From Callorhinchus milii (lineage: Eukaryota), in contig NW_024704743.1 in NCBI RefSeq assembly GCF_018977255.1, positions 20,338,001-20,398,000 of the forward strand: a stretch of 60,000 nt of DNA. Reading direction: 5' to 3'. This document shows positions 25,540-38,114 of the stretch, piece after piece. The notes under the pieces are model-generated. The model was not told the DNA's origin and ran no database searches. It was given only the letters and a program-made list of their open reading frames with translations. The position numbers were made by a program, and so were the translations under genes. Each line of letters starts with the position of its first letter. Position 1 is the first letter of the stretch.

Positions 25540-26140
25540 GAGTACAAGACTTGGATTTTATCCAGGATGTATACTCCAGCTCTCCATGTGAGGGTTGGTG
25601 CGAAACTCACTGAAACTATCTCTAAGTGGTAGGGTGGTCCTAGCTGGATAAGCAGAGGAAAGCTTGCCAGATGGTGCTTTCAATGGTAAGCCATGTGGTT
25701 TTAGCCCTGGAGAACTGCAGACTTGTCTGGCTGAGGAACCAGACTACTGAGAAAGTCACAGAAGATCGACTGGATTCAGATATTCCTTTGTCAAACAAGT
25801 CACCTTGAGGCCAGTTGAGCTCCAAGGAATCCAGCTTACCCCACCATCCACCTCCTCATCATCAGGACTTGGAAGAAAGCAATCATTTGGGAGAGGATTT
25901 CCCCTCACCACACCCCACCCCCACCACTCAGCTCTTGTTATTTCTGTAAGCCAAAGCCCTAACTGGAAGCGCAGTCCAGGCAAGACAGGTACAGAGAAGT
26001 TTGCCAGTCAATTTGCAATGGCAATCTATGTGATTTTACATGGTTAAACTGCAGCAGTACTCCAAAGCACACTTTGGGGAGCCCAAAATTGTGTTTTTTG
26101 CCAACGTGCACCTACTTCTTTCTGGAATTAGGTAAGCAGG
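25540..26140 (+). repeat. Representative copy of an unclassified dispersed repeat family
   Basis: Motifs GGTCCTAGCTGGA.AAGCAG.GGAAAGCTTGCCAGA, GGCT.AGGAACCAGACTACTGAG and TTGCCAAC.TGCACCT..GAATTAGGTAAGCAGG recur elsewhere in the window on both strands. Confidence 0.75.
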
Positions 26141-26759
26141 CAAGTGAACTTAATCCAGGCCCTATGCATCAGTTCCACATTTAAAAAAACTCTGCAAAGG
26201 GCCCTTGATAGATAACTGCTTACATCAAACAAGTAAACCTTTCCCCAAGTTATCATTTTAAACAATATTTAGAAAAATCCACTCAACAATGATGAGAACT
26301 CCGAGATGCTGCCATGTGTGAAAGGTGTTATATAAATTCAAGTTGTTTTTGGTGAGAAGTTGAAAATATTTTTGAAAATTATATTTCAAAAATTAATCAA
26401 CTAACCAAATTGCTTTGGGAATCCGTGTGGTAGGTTTGCTGAGACAGCCATGTACATGCAATAACCATTACAGTTGTATTCCCAGGGGAAAGAGGTTGCC
26501 AATCCTTTACCACAGTATTATACCATTAAGTTCTGTTACAGTGTTGCTTAATCTGTTCGCAAACACAATACTGAACACTAACATCGTTTCATAATGAAAG
26601 GCTATTTGTCATGACCAAAATGGTATGAGGAATTCTACTGCACAGAAAACAAATATTTAAATTACAATGGAATTTTGTTTTTCCAATTATAAACAAAATG
26701 TATTTATGATGTGCATCAAGTATAGTGAATCCTTGCAAATACATTAGTTCCTTACAAAT

Positions 26760-27073
26760 AAGGGTTTGATTCCCGGGTAGGGCAAAATGTTGGGCAAGTT
26801 TCCTTACTCTACACGCTTCTGTTTACCTAGTAGTAAATAGGAGCCTGGTTGTTAGTTGATTGGTGTATTGCTTTTCCGGGGGTAATAACTGCTTTAAAAA
26901 AAATTTGGTCACTCAATCCACGACTCTTTGTGGGACATTGCTGTGCGCAATTAGCTGCTGCATTTCACCCACAAAATAGTCAATTCATTTTACAGTAAAT
27001 TCTATGAAGCACTTTGAGACATCTCGAAGACGTAATAAGGCACTGTATCAAATGCAAGGATGATTATTATTAT
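26760..27073 (+). mobile_element. Older SINE subfamily copy (5'-truncated, long internal segment)
   Basis: B-box remnant, then TTGGGCAAGTTTCCTTACTC, an extra CTGTTTACCTAGTAGTAAATAGG segment, the Deu 3' part and an L2 tail. Confidence 0.85.
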
Positions 27074-27999
27074 AAATATATTTAGTGGCTGAATAAGGGC
27101 AGACCAGTCACTGAGAGCAGGGGCTTTTCCCACTCCGCTCCCGTTAACCCTGCAAGCTGAAGTTCAAACAGGTAGGAGTGGTCCTCGCTGCACAAGCAGT
27201 GGGAAAGCTTTCCAGGTAGGACTGGAAATGGACTCAATAAACCAGAACCAAATGCAATTAATGCCCACGGGGGTAATTTCAATCACAACTTATTATGGAA
27301 ACAGTAATTTTTTTAATTTAAGGAGTAATAACTACACAAAGATGTTCCAACTCCTTCGTAAATTAATTTCATTGGAACCTGAAGAATTAAAAACATGGGG
27401 AAATTATTTTCACAACTTCATCATTGTATAAGCAGATTGCAAACTGTTCATTGATGTGTGTAGGGATTCCTTCATCCACAGTATAATAGAGAAGGGGAGG
27501 AAACCGCTAGAGTTTTTCATTATATCTCTGAATAGATTCATTGTATTGATAGTTTTTATTAATATTCTATGAAGGAAAACTCCGAGGCAAGAGTTTAACT
27601 TAGCCGTGAAGTAGTACTTGGATTAAGGATTTCTATTGCGGTATAGTACTTCCTGACGCCTAACATGAAATTGCCCTTTGTAACCCTAACCCCATGTAAT
27701 ATGTCTGCAGTCTCACAGCTTTAGTTTATTGTAAAAAAACAATGACTGCATTTGATGACTATAACTAATAGATCTCTGTACTGGTCATTGTAAATTGATA
27801 TTTAAGTAATATGATGTAAACTTTGATAATCACAATTGGTCAATAAAAGCGATCCATGAAAATGAAGATGACCAAAAGAGGGGAAATCCCATTCTTTTAC
27901 AGCACCATAAATTCAAACACCATATATTAATGAGCAGTACAACAGCAGCAATCACATTTATGCCTTTAACAGCAGCAATGACAATTTGAGCCCAGCAGC

Positions 28000-30650
28000 A
28001 GCATTGCGAGGAGGTGAAGCGTAGTGGTTCGCGCGCTTCGGTAAGGGTGGAAATTATCCCTGTTACATTCCTCTGCGCCTTCTGTCAACCGAGAAAGAAG
28101 TGGGGTGAGCAGCGATCAGTCAGCCGGGAAATGTGTACGCATCCGAAAGAAAACCAAGGACAACTTAAAAGAAAATGCTGCAATTTCCAACCCCCCCTTC
28201 GCCAATCGCAAACGCGCGCCGCCATTCAATGGTCAACCCCCACTAACTTCACGGAACAAAAGAAAGCATGGGACAAATCTACCTAAAAAAAACTGACATT
28301 TCAGTAGTTGATTGATTACTTAACTGAATCCTTGAGTTCATAAGAGGCAGCGGCATCTTAACAGTTATTACAATGACTGTGCTGTGTGGCAACAAACAGC
28401 TCTCTCTGTAATAACCAGTCTGCATGGAAACCAGAAAGCAAAACATCCGCCTCGTTTACCCTGAATATAACTGCCGTTTTAAAACATTAGATTTGAAACT
28501 TAAATCCGTGTTGAAAGCTGCCAACACACCTCGAGTGCCCCTCACCTCCCCCTCCCCCTCCCCCCTCCCCACCCACCACACACATCACGACCTCACCACC
28601 AGGAGTTTTAGTCACTTCCAACACCACTTTAAATTTTCTTTGCTTGGGATCCCGTCCAATCTCTCAAATAACTGAAGTGTTTTTTTTTTGGAGAGGGGGG
28701 GGAGGGAAGTGGGAAAAGAAACTCTTTCCCTCTCTCTCTCTCTCTCGCTCTCATTTTTTTTAACCCCCAAAAAGATATGTTTAATTTTTTTTAACCCCCC
28801 CCCCTCAAAAAAAAAGGGTACGACTGAACCGGTGAAAATTCACACACAGACAGACACAGACAGTGTGTGTGTGTGTGTGTGGGGGGTGTGTGGGGGGAAA
28901 CGGCTTTAAAAACATGGGACCAAGTCAGTCAGTCAGTCAGTCGAGACAGAGAGGAAAAGGGCCGTAAAAACCGTCCTCTCCCTTCAGCAAACAAACCGGG
29001 AAGAGATGAACGACGACGACGACGACATTTATCAGTGTTACCGGCAAACAGACAGCAACCACCAGCACCACCTTCCCCCCCATACACACACACACACACC
29101 CCAAAAAAAACAGCAGCAGCAGCAGCAACTAGGCCTCGGCAGCCCTGCCATCCGCCACAGCCAAACGAGCCGTGGGTGAACTCCTAACCTGGGTGGGGGG
29201 GACGGGGACGGGGGACTTGATCTGAAGGCAATAAGCAATTGATTGACGATGGATTGGTAACTAAAGGGGGGGGGGAGGAGGGAGAAGGAGGGCAGAGAGA
29301 AGAGGGAGAAGGAGGGAGTTTGGGGAGGAGGAGGGGGTCTTTTCTCTCTCTTCCCCCCCCCCCCCACACACACACACACACAGTGTTGTGCACCCCCTCC
29401 CCCCCTCCCTCCCTCACCTGCTTGATGTCGAGGAAGCTGTAGAAGTCGCGCGGCACCTCCTCCACCAGGTCGAACAGCTCGAGGTCCCAACTCGCCGAGC
29501 AGCGGCCGCACGTCAGCAGCACGAGCAGCGCCGCCGCCGCGACCAACCGTCCCAACCGCCCGCCTCGCGCGGCCATGGCGGCGGCGGCGGCACCGGCAAC
29601 AGCAGCGACAACAGCAGCAGCAGAAGCTCTCCCCACCTCCCCCCCCCCTTGGCTTCTGCCTTCACTTCAGGAGGACCAGGGCCCGGGCCCGACACTGACT
29701 GACTGACCGACCGACCGCACACACTGTACTCCACTCTCTCGCTTCTCTTTCCGCCGCCGCCGCCACTCGCCTGGAAACGTGGCTCTCCCTCGTCCTCACT
29801 CTCACTCACTCACTCACTCACTCACACACACACACACACGCACTGCTCTTCTTAAAGGAGCCGCGACACAAGTGCCAAGTGAGTAAGTAAGTAAGTAAGT
29901 AAATAAGTCACCCCCGACCCACCCACTCACTCACTCCCCCAGATACCAGGAGAAGGGAACACCAGGAGCAAGTCGATCGGCGTCTCTGAAAGAAAGAGAT
30001 AGCACCGCATGTATTTTGTTCAGCTGTGTGGGAGGGGGGGGGTAGAGGGGGCGTCCTCAAGCGCTTGTTTTGTGTGGAGGTGGTGGTGGTGGGGGAGAGG
30101 AGGAGGGGTTGGTTTTCACACACACACACACACACACACACGCGTGTGTCTTTACACCACCAATTGGTTGATGACCAGACAAACTGCTCCACTGTGGGGT
30201 CATCCCATACCCTTCATTTACTGCAGGTTTGCCTTTTGGCATTGCCTCCACCAACTCAATCATCTCTTTCTCTCTCTCTCTCTCTCCTCTCTTACCCACA
30301 CACACAAAAAAATAATTGACATCCTATTGATTCTGCTTCCAATTGTCACGATTTTTTTTCCCCCCTCTCTCTCCTGCTAAAAGGATTACTTTCCGCTTCT
30401 CGTTTTTGCGGACCCCGAATCATCGAGGAACCCACCGAGATCCTTTAACCTTGATCAATTGTAAGACGGCCCCCGTCAATGCGGACTTCGTCGTAACGCA
30501 GTAAAATTGTTACCCCCGGGAAATCGGCTTAGAAAGGGTTGGGGTTTTTTTTTTTAAAAAAAATTATCGCCCGCTTCCAGGTCATCGGGTTGCCACTGAA
30601 GTTATTTGTGGCATCTGGTCACCCTCCGCAAGTTTTTGTGACGTTTCTAA
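28000..30650. promoter_or_regulatory. CpG-rich promoter island of DNAJC1 with many microsatellites
   Basis: CpG density and GC content are visibly higher than in the flanks and surround the first exon. CCAAT motifs occur at ~28202 and ~30160, with (CA)n, (CT)n, (CAGT)n, (CACT)n, (GCA)n and (GCC)n tracts. Confidence 0.75.
29418..29576 (-). CDS. DNAJC1: DnaJ homolog subfamily C member 1 (ERdj1/MTJ1), coding exon 1 (53 codons: signal peptide and start of J-domain)
   Basis: Translation is MAARGGRLGRLVAAAALLVLLTCGRCSASWDLELFDLVEEVPRDFYSFLDIKQ. The hydrophobic signal peptide followed by DLELFDLVEEV..xFYxFL matches the vertebrate DNAJC1 N-terminus as I recall it. The ATG is in perfect Kozak context (GCCGCCGCCATGG), with no upstream ATG for ~430 nt. 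The exon ends at a phase-0 donor CAG|GTGAG (29418/29417). Confidence 0.93.
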
Positions 30651-30876
30651 CATGAGCTCGTCCAGCTAGATCCACCTTGCCTATTAATAGGAGTTAAGGG
30701 GAAGAATCCCAGGCTTTGCTGATTGTTTTGCTTCTCCGGTTCCTGGCAATAAGCCGGTGCTTTGGAGTGCAGACCTGCTTGGCTCAGGAACTGGACGACT
30801 GGGGTAGCCACAGAGGATTGACTCGATTCCAATGTTACACTGACCGGCTCCTTGGAGCTAACTCAACCCCAAAGAG

Positions 30877-31200
30877 TGGAGTCCTGTAGCTCAGTGGTTA
30901 GAGCACTCGCTTTGCAAGTGAGAGACCTGAGTTCAATTCCAGGCAGAGGGCGAAACCTTGGGCAAGTTTCCTTACTCCACACGCCTAATAATAATCCCTC
31001 CAAAACAAAATAAAAAAAATTGGTCATTTTCAATCTACGACTGTTTGTGGGACATTGTTGTGTGCAATTGGCTGCCGCGTTCGCCCACAAATATACAGTC
31101 AATTCACTTTACAGTGTGTTCTGTGAAGCGCTTTGGGACGTCCTCCCGACGTGAAAAGCGCTATATCAAATGCAAGGATTATTATTATTATTATTATTAT
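30877..31200 (+). mobile_element. Young full-length tRNA-derived SINE with 6-bp TSD (AAAGAG)
   Basis: Same family; AAAGAG at 30871-30876 and 31201-31206. Confidence 0.92.
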
Positions 31201-31218
31201 AAAGAGACCCTGCTCATC

Positions 31219-31485
31219 TTATTATATTGCATTTGATATCGCGCCTTATCGTGAAGTTGAGATGTCTCAATGTGCTTCACAGAATATAGTGTAAAGTGAG
31301 TTGACTGTATACTTTGTAGGCGAAACGTGGCAGCCAATTGCGCACAGCGGTGTCCCACAAGCAGTCGTGGATTGAAGTAACAATTTTTTTTGAAGGAATT
31401 ATTACCCCCAGGAAAGCAATACACAGAGGTGTGTGGAGTAAAGGAAACTTGCCCAACATTTCACCTTGCCAGGGATCGAACCCAG
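31219..31485 (-). mobile_element. Older SINE copy, tail-to-tail with the SINE at 30877
   Basis: Reverse-complement match to the SINE body and tail. Confidence 0.85.
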
Positions 31486-32369
31486 GAATCTTTCTCTTTA
31501 CTTCCCAGGAAGGTAACCAACTAAACTAGTCAGGATTTAAAAGCAGAAAATAAATGAACATTTTATCTCATGATGTTTAATCAAAAACAACTTGCTAGGT
31601 CCGTACCCCCTCTAACAACCATCACATTTTAACACCTTACCCTTCAAAAAAAATGGATGTTTGGCAGAATATCTTGCCACTTCCTTAAATCTACTTCCCC
31701 ATGTTGTAGATTTCCTAATTTTCTTTCCAGCTTGTAAGTCCCTCCTTCCAATCACAAAAAGAATCATCCTCTCTTGCAGATTTGTACTGGGATGCAGATC
31801 CACATTCACTGGCTGCTCTTCAATAGCTTTCCCAAGTGGCCTTTTTTCATGTGTGAATCTGAACTTTGGGGGCTTTACAACCAAGCATGATCTTATCTTC
31901 ATGTATGCATTTCCAACAAGATCATTGGGTAGTGATCAAGAATTGGGAGCCTGGTTGGTTTTGCTGTCCACAGGCAGATCAATTGGTGCCTACTGCTGGC
32001 CTTGCACTTGATTAGGAATTGAAACTTCGGCCTTCCTACTCTGTGTGCCTGAGCTCTGCACTAGATAAACCCACTAAGCCATTGGAGATGTTTTCATTTT
32101 TATAATATCTGTATAGTATTACAAAGCTGTTTCATACACTTAAGATGTAATTTATGACCCACTTCATTGAAATATTTAAAATTTAAAACACACTACAAGA
32201 TTCAAGCAATGCCATGTACTTGCAATTATTGACATTGCCCTTTATACTTTTTTAGTTCAGTTATTCAAAGATTATTAATGCATTCAAATCACATATTTTG
32301 TTTTGGTCAACCAAGTATCTGATATATGCGGAAACCCATTACTCTGCTTAAGAGTATCAAAAAGATCTG

Positions 32370-32945
32370 CAGCATATGGAGGGAGGCGTTGGGGAGGAAG
32401 ACAAAGCAAGGAGTTTGCATAGTCAAGCCTCGATGTAATGAATGTGGGTGTGAGGTGCGGCCTGTGGTGTGAGACAGTGGTGGAGCCGGGCAATATTGCA
32501 GAGGTGGGGGAAGGTAGAACAGGTTAATGGCATGGATGTGGGGCAGAAAGGATAGTTGAGGATCAAATAAGAACTCAAGGTGGAGTCCTGTAGCTCAGTG
32601 GTTAGAGCACTCGCTTTGCAAGCGAGAGACCTGAATTCAATTCCAGGCAGGTCAGGGTGAAACCTTGGGCAAGTTTCCTTACTCCACACGCCTAATAATA
32701 ATCCCTCCAAAAAAAAAACAATAATAAATTGGTCATTTTCAATCCATGACAGTTTGTGGGACATTGCTGTGCGCAATTGGCTGCCGCGTTCGCCCACAAA
32801 TATACAGTCAATTCACTTTACAGTGTGTTCTGTGAAGCGCTTTGGGACGTCCTCCCGACGTGAAAAGCGCTATATCAAATGCAAGGATTATTATTATTAT
32901 TATTAAGGTTCCAGATTGGCTTAGTAAGGTGGAGTGTGCATCTAT
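32370..32945 (-). mobile_element. L2 fragment (host of the SINE at 32581)
   Basis: FITSRLDYANSLL, HLCNIARLHHCLT and FDPQLSF motifs. Confidence 0.8.
32581..32904 (+). mobile_element. Young full-length tRNA-derived SINE with short TSD (AAGG), inserted into an L2
   Basis: Same family; AAGG at 32577-32580 and 32905-32908. Rejoined flanks read NLEFLFDPQLSF on the minus strand, an L2 RT motif. Confidence 0.92.
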
Positions 32946-32952
32946 GGATCGT

Positions 32953-33330
32953 GATTGACTATGCAAAGTCCTTGCTTGTTGGCCTCCCCAACTCCTCCCT
33001 CCATAGGCTACAGATCATCCAGAACTCTGCAGCCCGTGTCCTCTCCTGCACCAGGCTCCGTGTCCCTATCACACCCATCCTCGCCTGACTCCACCGGTTT
33101 CCCATCACACAGAGGATACAGTTCAAGATCCTGGACCTCACCTTCAAAGCCCTCCATGGTCATGCTCCCCCCTACCTTTGCAACCTCCTAACCCCCTATC
33201 CTGCTGCATGCTCCCTCCGCCCAGCGGGTTCTGGCCTGCTTCATGTCCCCCACCTCGCCCACCCCACCATTGACGGGAGGGCCTTCTGCCACTCTGCCCC
33301 CACCCTCTGGAACTCCATGCCACAGTCCCT
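32953..33330 (+). mobile_element. L2 fragment, opposite orientation to the adjacent one
   Basis: DYAKSLLVGLPNSSLHRLQIIQNSAARVLS..ITPILA. Confidence 0.85.
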
Positions 33331-36304
33331 CCACTTAAAGCCTTGGGGGAGATCAGTAAGGTCTCCTCAGACCTGAGCTGGCTACAAGGTGAAATACCAG
33401 GCAACAGAATGCAGGATGAATACCAGCCAGGTGGGGCAACATTACACCAGCAGAAAGCTTGCCAGACTGTGTTATTGATATAACTTGGCTCTTCTTAGAC
33501 TGGAAAGCCAAAGCCCTATCAAGCGGTATTGACTTAGGTAGAGTAACAGCAGAAAGCTTGGTTGGTTAAACTCAATCAGTTTAACCAACTTTGGGGTCCC
33601 CAAACATTGTCTCTTGCCAACTTGCATCTAATACTTTCCAGAATTAGATAAATAGACTGTTTCCATCCAGAGAGAGAGTGCACATTCCATTCTGGAGACA
33701 GGGAAGTATCCATGAATAGGTGGAATGCATACGTGGAACTCTCAGTCTGGTTTAGATACACCTAAGCATAGCGATGAGTGTCAGACACTTATTTTCCTTT
33801 TTTTAAAAAAAAATTCATGCAAAGTATGATCCAGTACTAGAAATCTATTCCAAATAACGACTACCCGACAAGAGGAAACTATTATCTCTAGTCCCAACTG
33901 AGGCTTGTTAATTTTGGACATTTCTATGTAATTACATACCAGATCGTGAATCACTTGGGGGTTATTCTGCCCTATGTACTCCATTTAACAAATTTGTTTA
34001 TGTGGCCTCAGCGCTATTCTGCTCTGTTCAGTAGGTTTTGCAAATTTCTCCCTGTGCACTTATAAATTATTATAATGCAATCCAAATTATATATAACATG
34101 ACATGAATAGAAATAAAATTAAATTATGCTTTTAAAATTGCACTATATTTATTTATTATCTACAGGCTAAACTTAAGAATCAAGCAGAATAGCTTAGTCC
34201 TCATACACAAATTCATTAGAAATAATGAGCAAAATAAACCCTTCTCCTTAATTTGTTCTGATAAATCTGTCTGCCCACATTAATAACATCCTATGTCCTT
34301 AGACCTTGTCAACTATATTTACAAACAAGCTCTTCACACCAAGTAAACAGAAAATTTGTAAAATTGTAAAATATGTGCAAATTATTAATTTAGTTAAAGG
34401 GAAAAAATTGCTCACTGAACTGTTTTAGAGCTTCTTGGTTGAACCATTGTTTCATGACTTTTTTGCAGTAAAATTATTCCTTAAGTTCTCGGAGAAGATA
34501 ATGGATTTGAATTGTTCCATTTGATTTAGCTCTTCTTTCATTCGCAACCCTCCACCACCCTATCTACTATTCATTTCTCAATGTTCTCAATAAAGGAGGG
34601 TGGGCAGACCTGACATCAACAATTAACAATGCAATAAATAGATCTTATCAATTTTAAATACTTGAAAATAATTGTACATGCCTAGTGAATACTATAAGCA
34701 AATGAATTTGCGTTACTTTAGAAAAAATATATAAATAAAATACAAGAGAATAAGTTGTTTCTTCAGGCTAAACTTTCAATGGAACAAAAACATCTTGTCA
34801 AAGCGCATATCAATTCACCTGCACTGTATATCATTTCCCTTCTATTTGGCCCTAGTACTTAAAAAAAAGATGCATGGGTCATCAGGGGTCAAGTAATTTC
34901 AAAATGGTCCATCGCTGCCTTGTACCATCCTCCTCCCCATGTATTATTGAACATATTATCAGTGACATTGTGGACATCAATCTCATGCCTGTTGAGAATG
35001 TTTCAAAAACAAATGGATAAAATAACAGTACAGAATTTTAAGTGTAATCTTTCTGATTTGCCAAATTCCTTGGAAGTCTTTTGCACATTTACAATGTGTA
35101 TTCTTGTGGAGAAACTTCACCTGGGTCTAGATTTATTCTATTTACACTTAAACCCTAGCTAGCCAGACTAAATGGGGGAAATTTCCGGCTTGGTACCGGC
35201 AGTGTAATTGTTTGAATACTGCTATCGAATAAGCCATCTTCTGCTCGCGGGATTCAAACAATCTGATTCAAAGTCGATATCCCTGACCACTGTGAAAGCT
35301 GGCAAGGATGGTGAGCTCCTCAGCACTAGGGCATGCTTGGAAATTGAGCTTGTGGCAGTCGACATGAGGGCTTGCAGAAAATTTTGGTCTGCTTTTAGGT
35401 TCGGGCCTAGGTTTGCATTCCAGATACCCAAAGCCCAGTAAGCCAGAGGTTTGCTGAACATAGTATTTGAGACCATGCAGATTTTGACTTAATTTGAATT
35501 ATTAATAATAATACTTGTATTTGAGTTAGCGTTTATCACATAACTGAGATGTTTCAAACCACTTCACAGGATTAAAAACTGTGTATTTGTAGGAATTCAG
35601 AATAAACTCTTTAAAGAACTTACAAAAAACAGCTTCAAAATTAACATTGTTTTTAAGAATTTGCCAAATACTGAAAGTTCTGAAATGCTCAAAACTTCAG
35701 CTTATCATTTGTGAAATTACTGACAATATATGGCTGTTTGGATATCTGGAGCCCATATCTTTTGACTTGTGAATGGAAACTAGTTTGAAACAACACCCCC
35801 TCTTTTATTGTTCTAATTAGCCAAATTTGTACAACAATACACCAATTGAATGGAGACCAAATCCACCACCACAGAGGGTTGACTTGATTCCGACATTCTG
35901 TTCCCAAGTATGTCACCTTGAAGCTATCTCAGCTCCGAGGAGACCATCTTTATTTCACCCCAAGGAGGATAGAAGTACTTAACAAGCACGTAAAAAAGAA
36001 AAAAATCAAAATGATCCATGACTTAAAAATAATCAGAGGCAGAAATGTAAGCAGGTTATTTTACTTAGACATTAAGAACAGAATACAAGGGCCCTCCTTC
36101 GAGAATTTTAAGGAGACTTGCAGCATTTTTTAATGAGCAGTTAGTAATGATCATTAGCGCACACAGATGTTAATGAAAGTATGATGGAGGGCGTTTTGAG
36201 AGTACGATTTAATGTTTTGCAATAGACATTTCAACTCGCATCCATTGGAAAATCACTGCTAAAGGCAATGAAGGCTATTAAAGACAAAGCCATCCATAAT
36301 AAAT

Positions 36305-36465
36305 ACTCCGCCCGCAAAATATACAGTCAATTCACTTGACAGTATATTCTGTGAAGCGCTTTGAGACGTCTCGAAGACATGTTACTATATTATATTATAC
36401 TATATATTATATTATTATTATATATTATATATTATATTATACTATATTAAATGCAAAGATCATTA
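36305..36465 (+). mobile_element. SINE 3' fragment with an AT-rich microsatellite expansion inside the tail
   Basis: CGCAAAATATACAGTCAATTCAC..GTGAAGCGCTTTGAGACGTC, then (TATAT/TAT)n, then AAATGCAAAG. Confidence 0.75.
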
Positions 36466-38114
36466 ATATGTTAAGAATGTTACAGTTCACTATAAATTAT
36501 TCAGAAATATCAAGGATTCCTAGTTGGTGGTTACTGACAAATACTCAGTAACTTTTGCGCTACCTTTACTGTAAAGTGTCAAATATTCCACTCGATATCC
36601 ACGCTGGTATCTTATTACTGTATTCCTATAGTTATTTCTATAGAATACATTGAATTGAGAGTTGACTGCACGTGCAGCTCTCAGAAAAAATGATCACAGG
36701 GGAATAGTTCTCTTGTACATACTCTGGCTTTCTAGCAAGACAATTGTCAGGGGAACATACAGTAAATTAATCAATCCATAACTGAGCCAAAGCATGACAA
36801 ACAGCACCATCTCCTGCATTGATTTACTATAGCCCTACACAATCCATCTTAAAAACAGAGGAACTGGAAACATTGAAGGGAAATATCTGAAACAGACATT
36901 TATGCCCATAATATTATAACCAGAATACCATCATTCATTTTCCCTTTTAACATGGAGAATGCAGCTAGTGTGGCAAATTTAACTGTCACTGATCTTTTTG
37001 TGTCTCTGTATGTTCAACATCTTCCATGTGTTCTTCCATCTCTCAGGGGCAACATTATTACTCACAAAATGTTATACTTGAATTTGTGAACCGTGTGCAT
37101 GTTATACTGCATTATAATTAATAAACAGCAATTATTGTAATTGCTGTAATGTGCAGATATACAAGATAAATAATGGAAATGTGTGTGGGGTGTGAGTTAT
37201 TCATCAATTGCATGACAACTGTATATTACCTTGTTGATATTTGTTTCATATGATTGTTAGTCCTGATAAAAATGGTCCAGTTGTGCTCCCATAATCCCAA
37301 CCAATAACACTTCATTAATTCAGTGTCTATGTTCTTATTTTGGAATTACAAAACAGGATGATTAATTCCTATGGTGCTGTGATGCTCTGTTCATCTTAAC
37401 CTTACTAAATACCCCTTTTTTCTGAAAAGGTTCAGACTAAGGAAAAATTATGCCTTGCACAGCTTAATTCCCTACCAGACATTGTTAATTGCTTTAACTC
37501 CCATTCCTGACAGTGTGTGCAGTAATTGCAAACAAAAAAAAGTAGCTCAAGGCAGAATGATGCTACTTTTGGGGTTTAAGTAGGAAACGTCCATTAAAAT
37601 CCAATTTTTACTGTGTGCGGAATCATGGAATACGTTTCCTGTAAAATTAATTTTCTACGAAGGTTGTGCTACATGCTACATATCTTTATGACATCTATGC
37701 CTGTCATTTTTTGTTGTAATTGTTCTTTCAGACTGTTCATGTAGCAAGCACAAAATGTTTCTCAAGTACAAAAATTGTACCTATAGAGAGACCTTCCTAA
37801 ATTATGCCAGTAGTGCCCCTTTACTGAAACCTGAGAAGATCACTCACTTTTTGTTTCCTACCTTATCTATACATTCCCAATTTGTATCAAATTAGAGGCA
37901 GAATTTTACTTGGAAGAGCTGTTTTGAAACTGTCCAACCATATTTTCAACATTTCATTAATAGCCTTCAAAACCATCAGAAGAAATTTCTCGCATTTGCG
38001 TAAACAGAATTCAAACCTACTTGTCACGTATGAAAAGACTATGTTGTAAGCCATTATAACATGAAGCTACCAACTGAGTACTACCAGCTGAGTCAAACTG
38101 ACATCTGTGTCAAT

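Larger units (their letters stand above)
1..29417 (-). other. DNAJC1: Presumed intron 1 of DNAJC1 (runs out of the window)
   Basis: Starts at the GT donor. By eye I found no exon encoding the expected DASSADIRKAYRKLSL..HPDKNK segment, but a short exon could have been missed. The region is filled with retroelement fragments. Confidence 0.6.

Noticed and set aside
29184..29417. Read-through portion of the 150-aa ORF beyond IKQ
   Set aside because: Lies past a canonical CAG|GTGAG donor and is low-complexity intron sequence.
13303..32904. Recurrent near-identical ~320-bp sequences as a possible CRISPR-like or segmental array
   Set aside because: Dispersed, in both orientations, with Pol III boxes, simple-repeat tails and TSDs: ordinary SINE copies. 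No prokaryotic features exist in the window.
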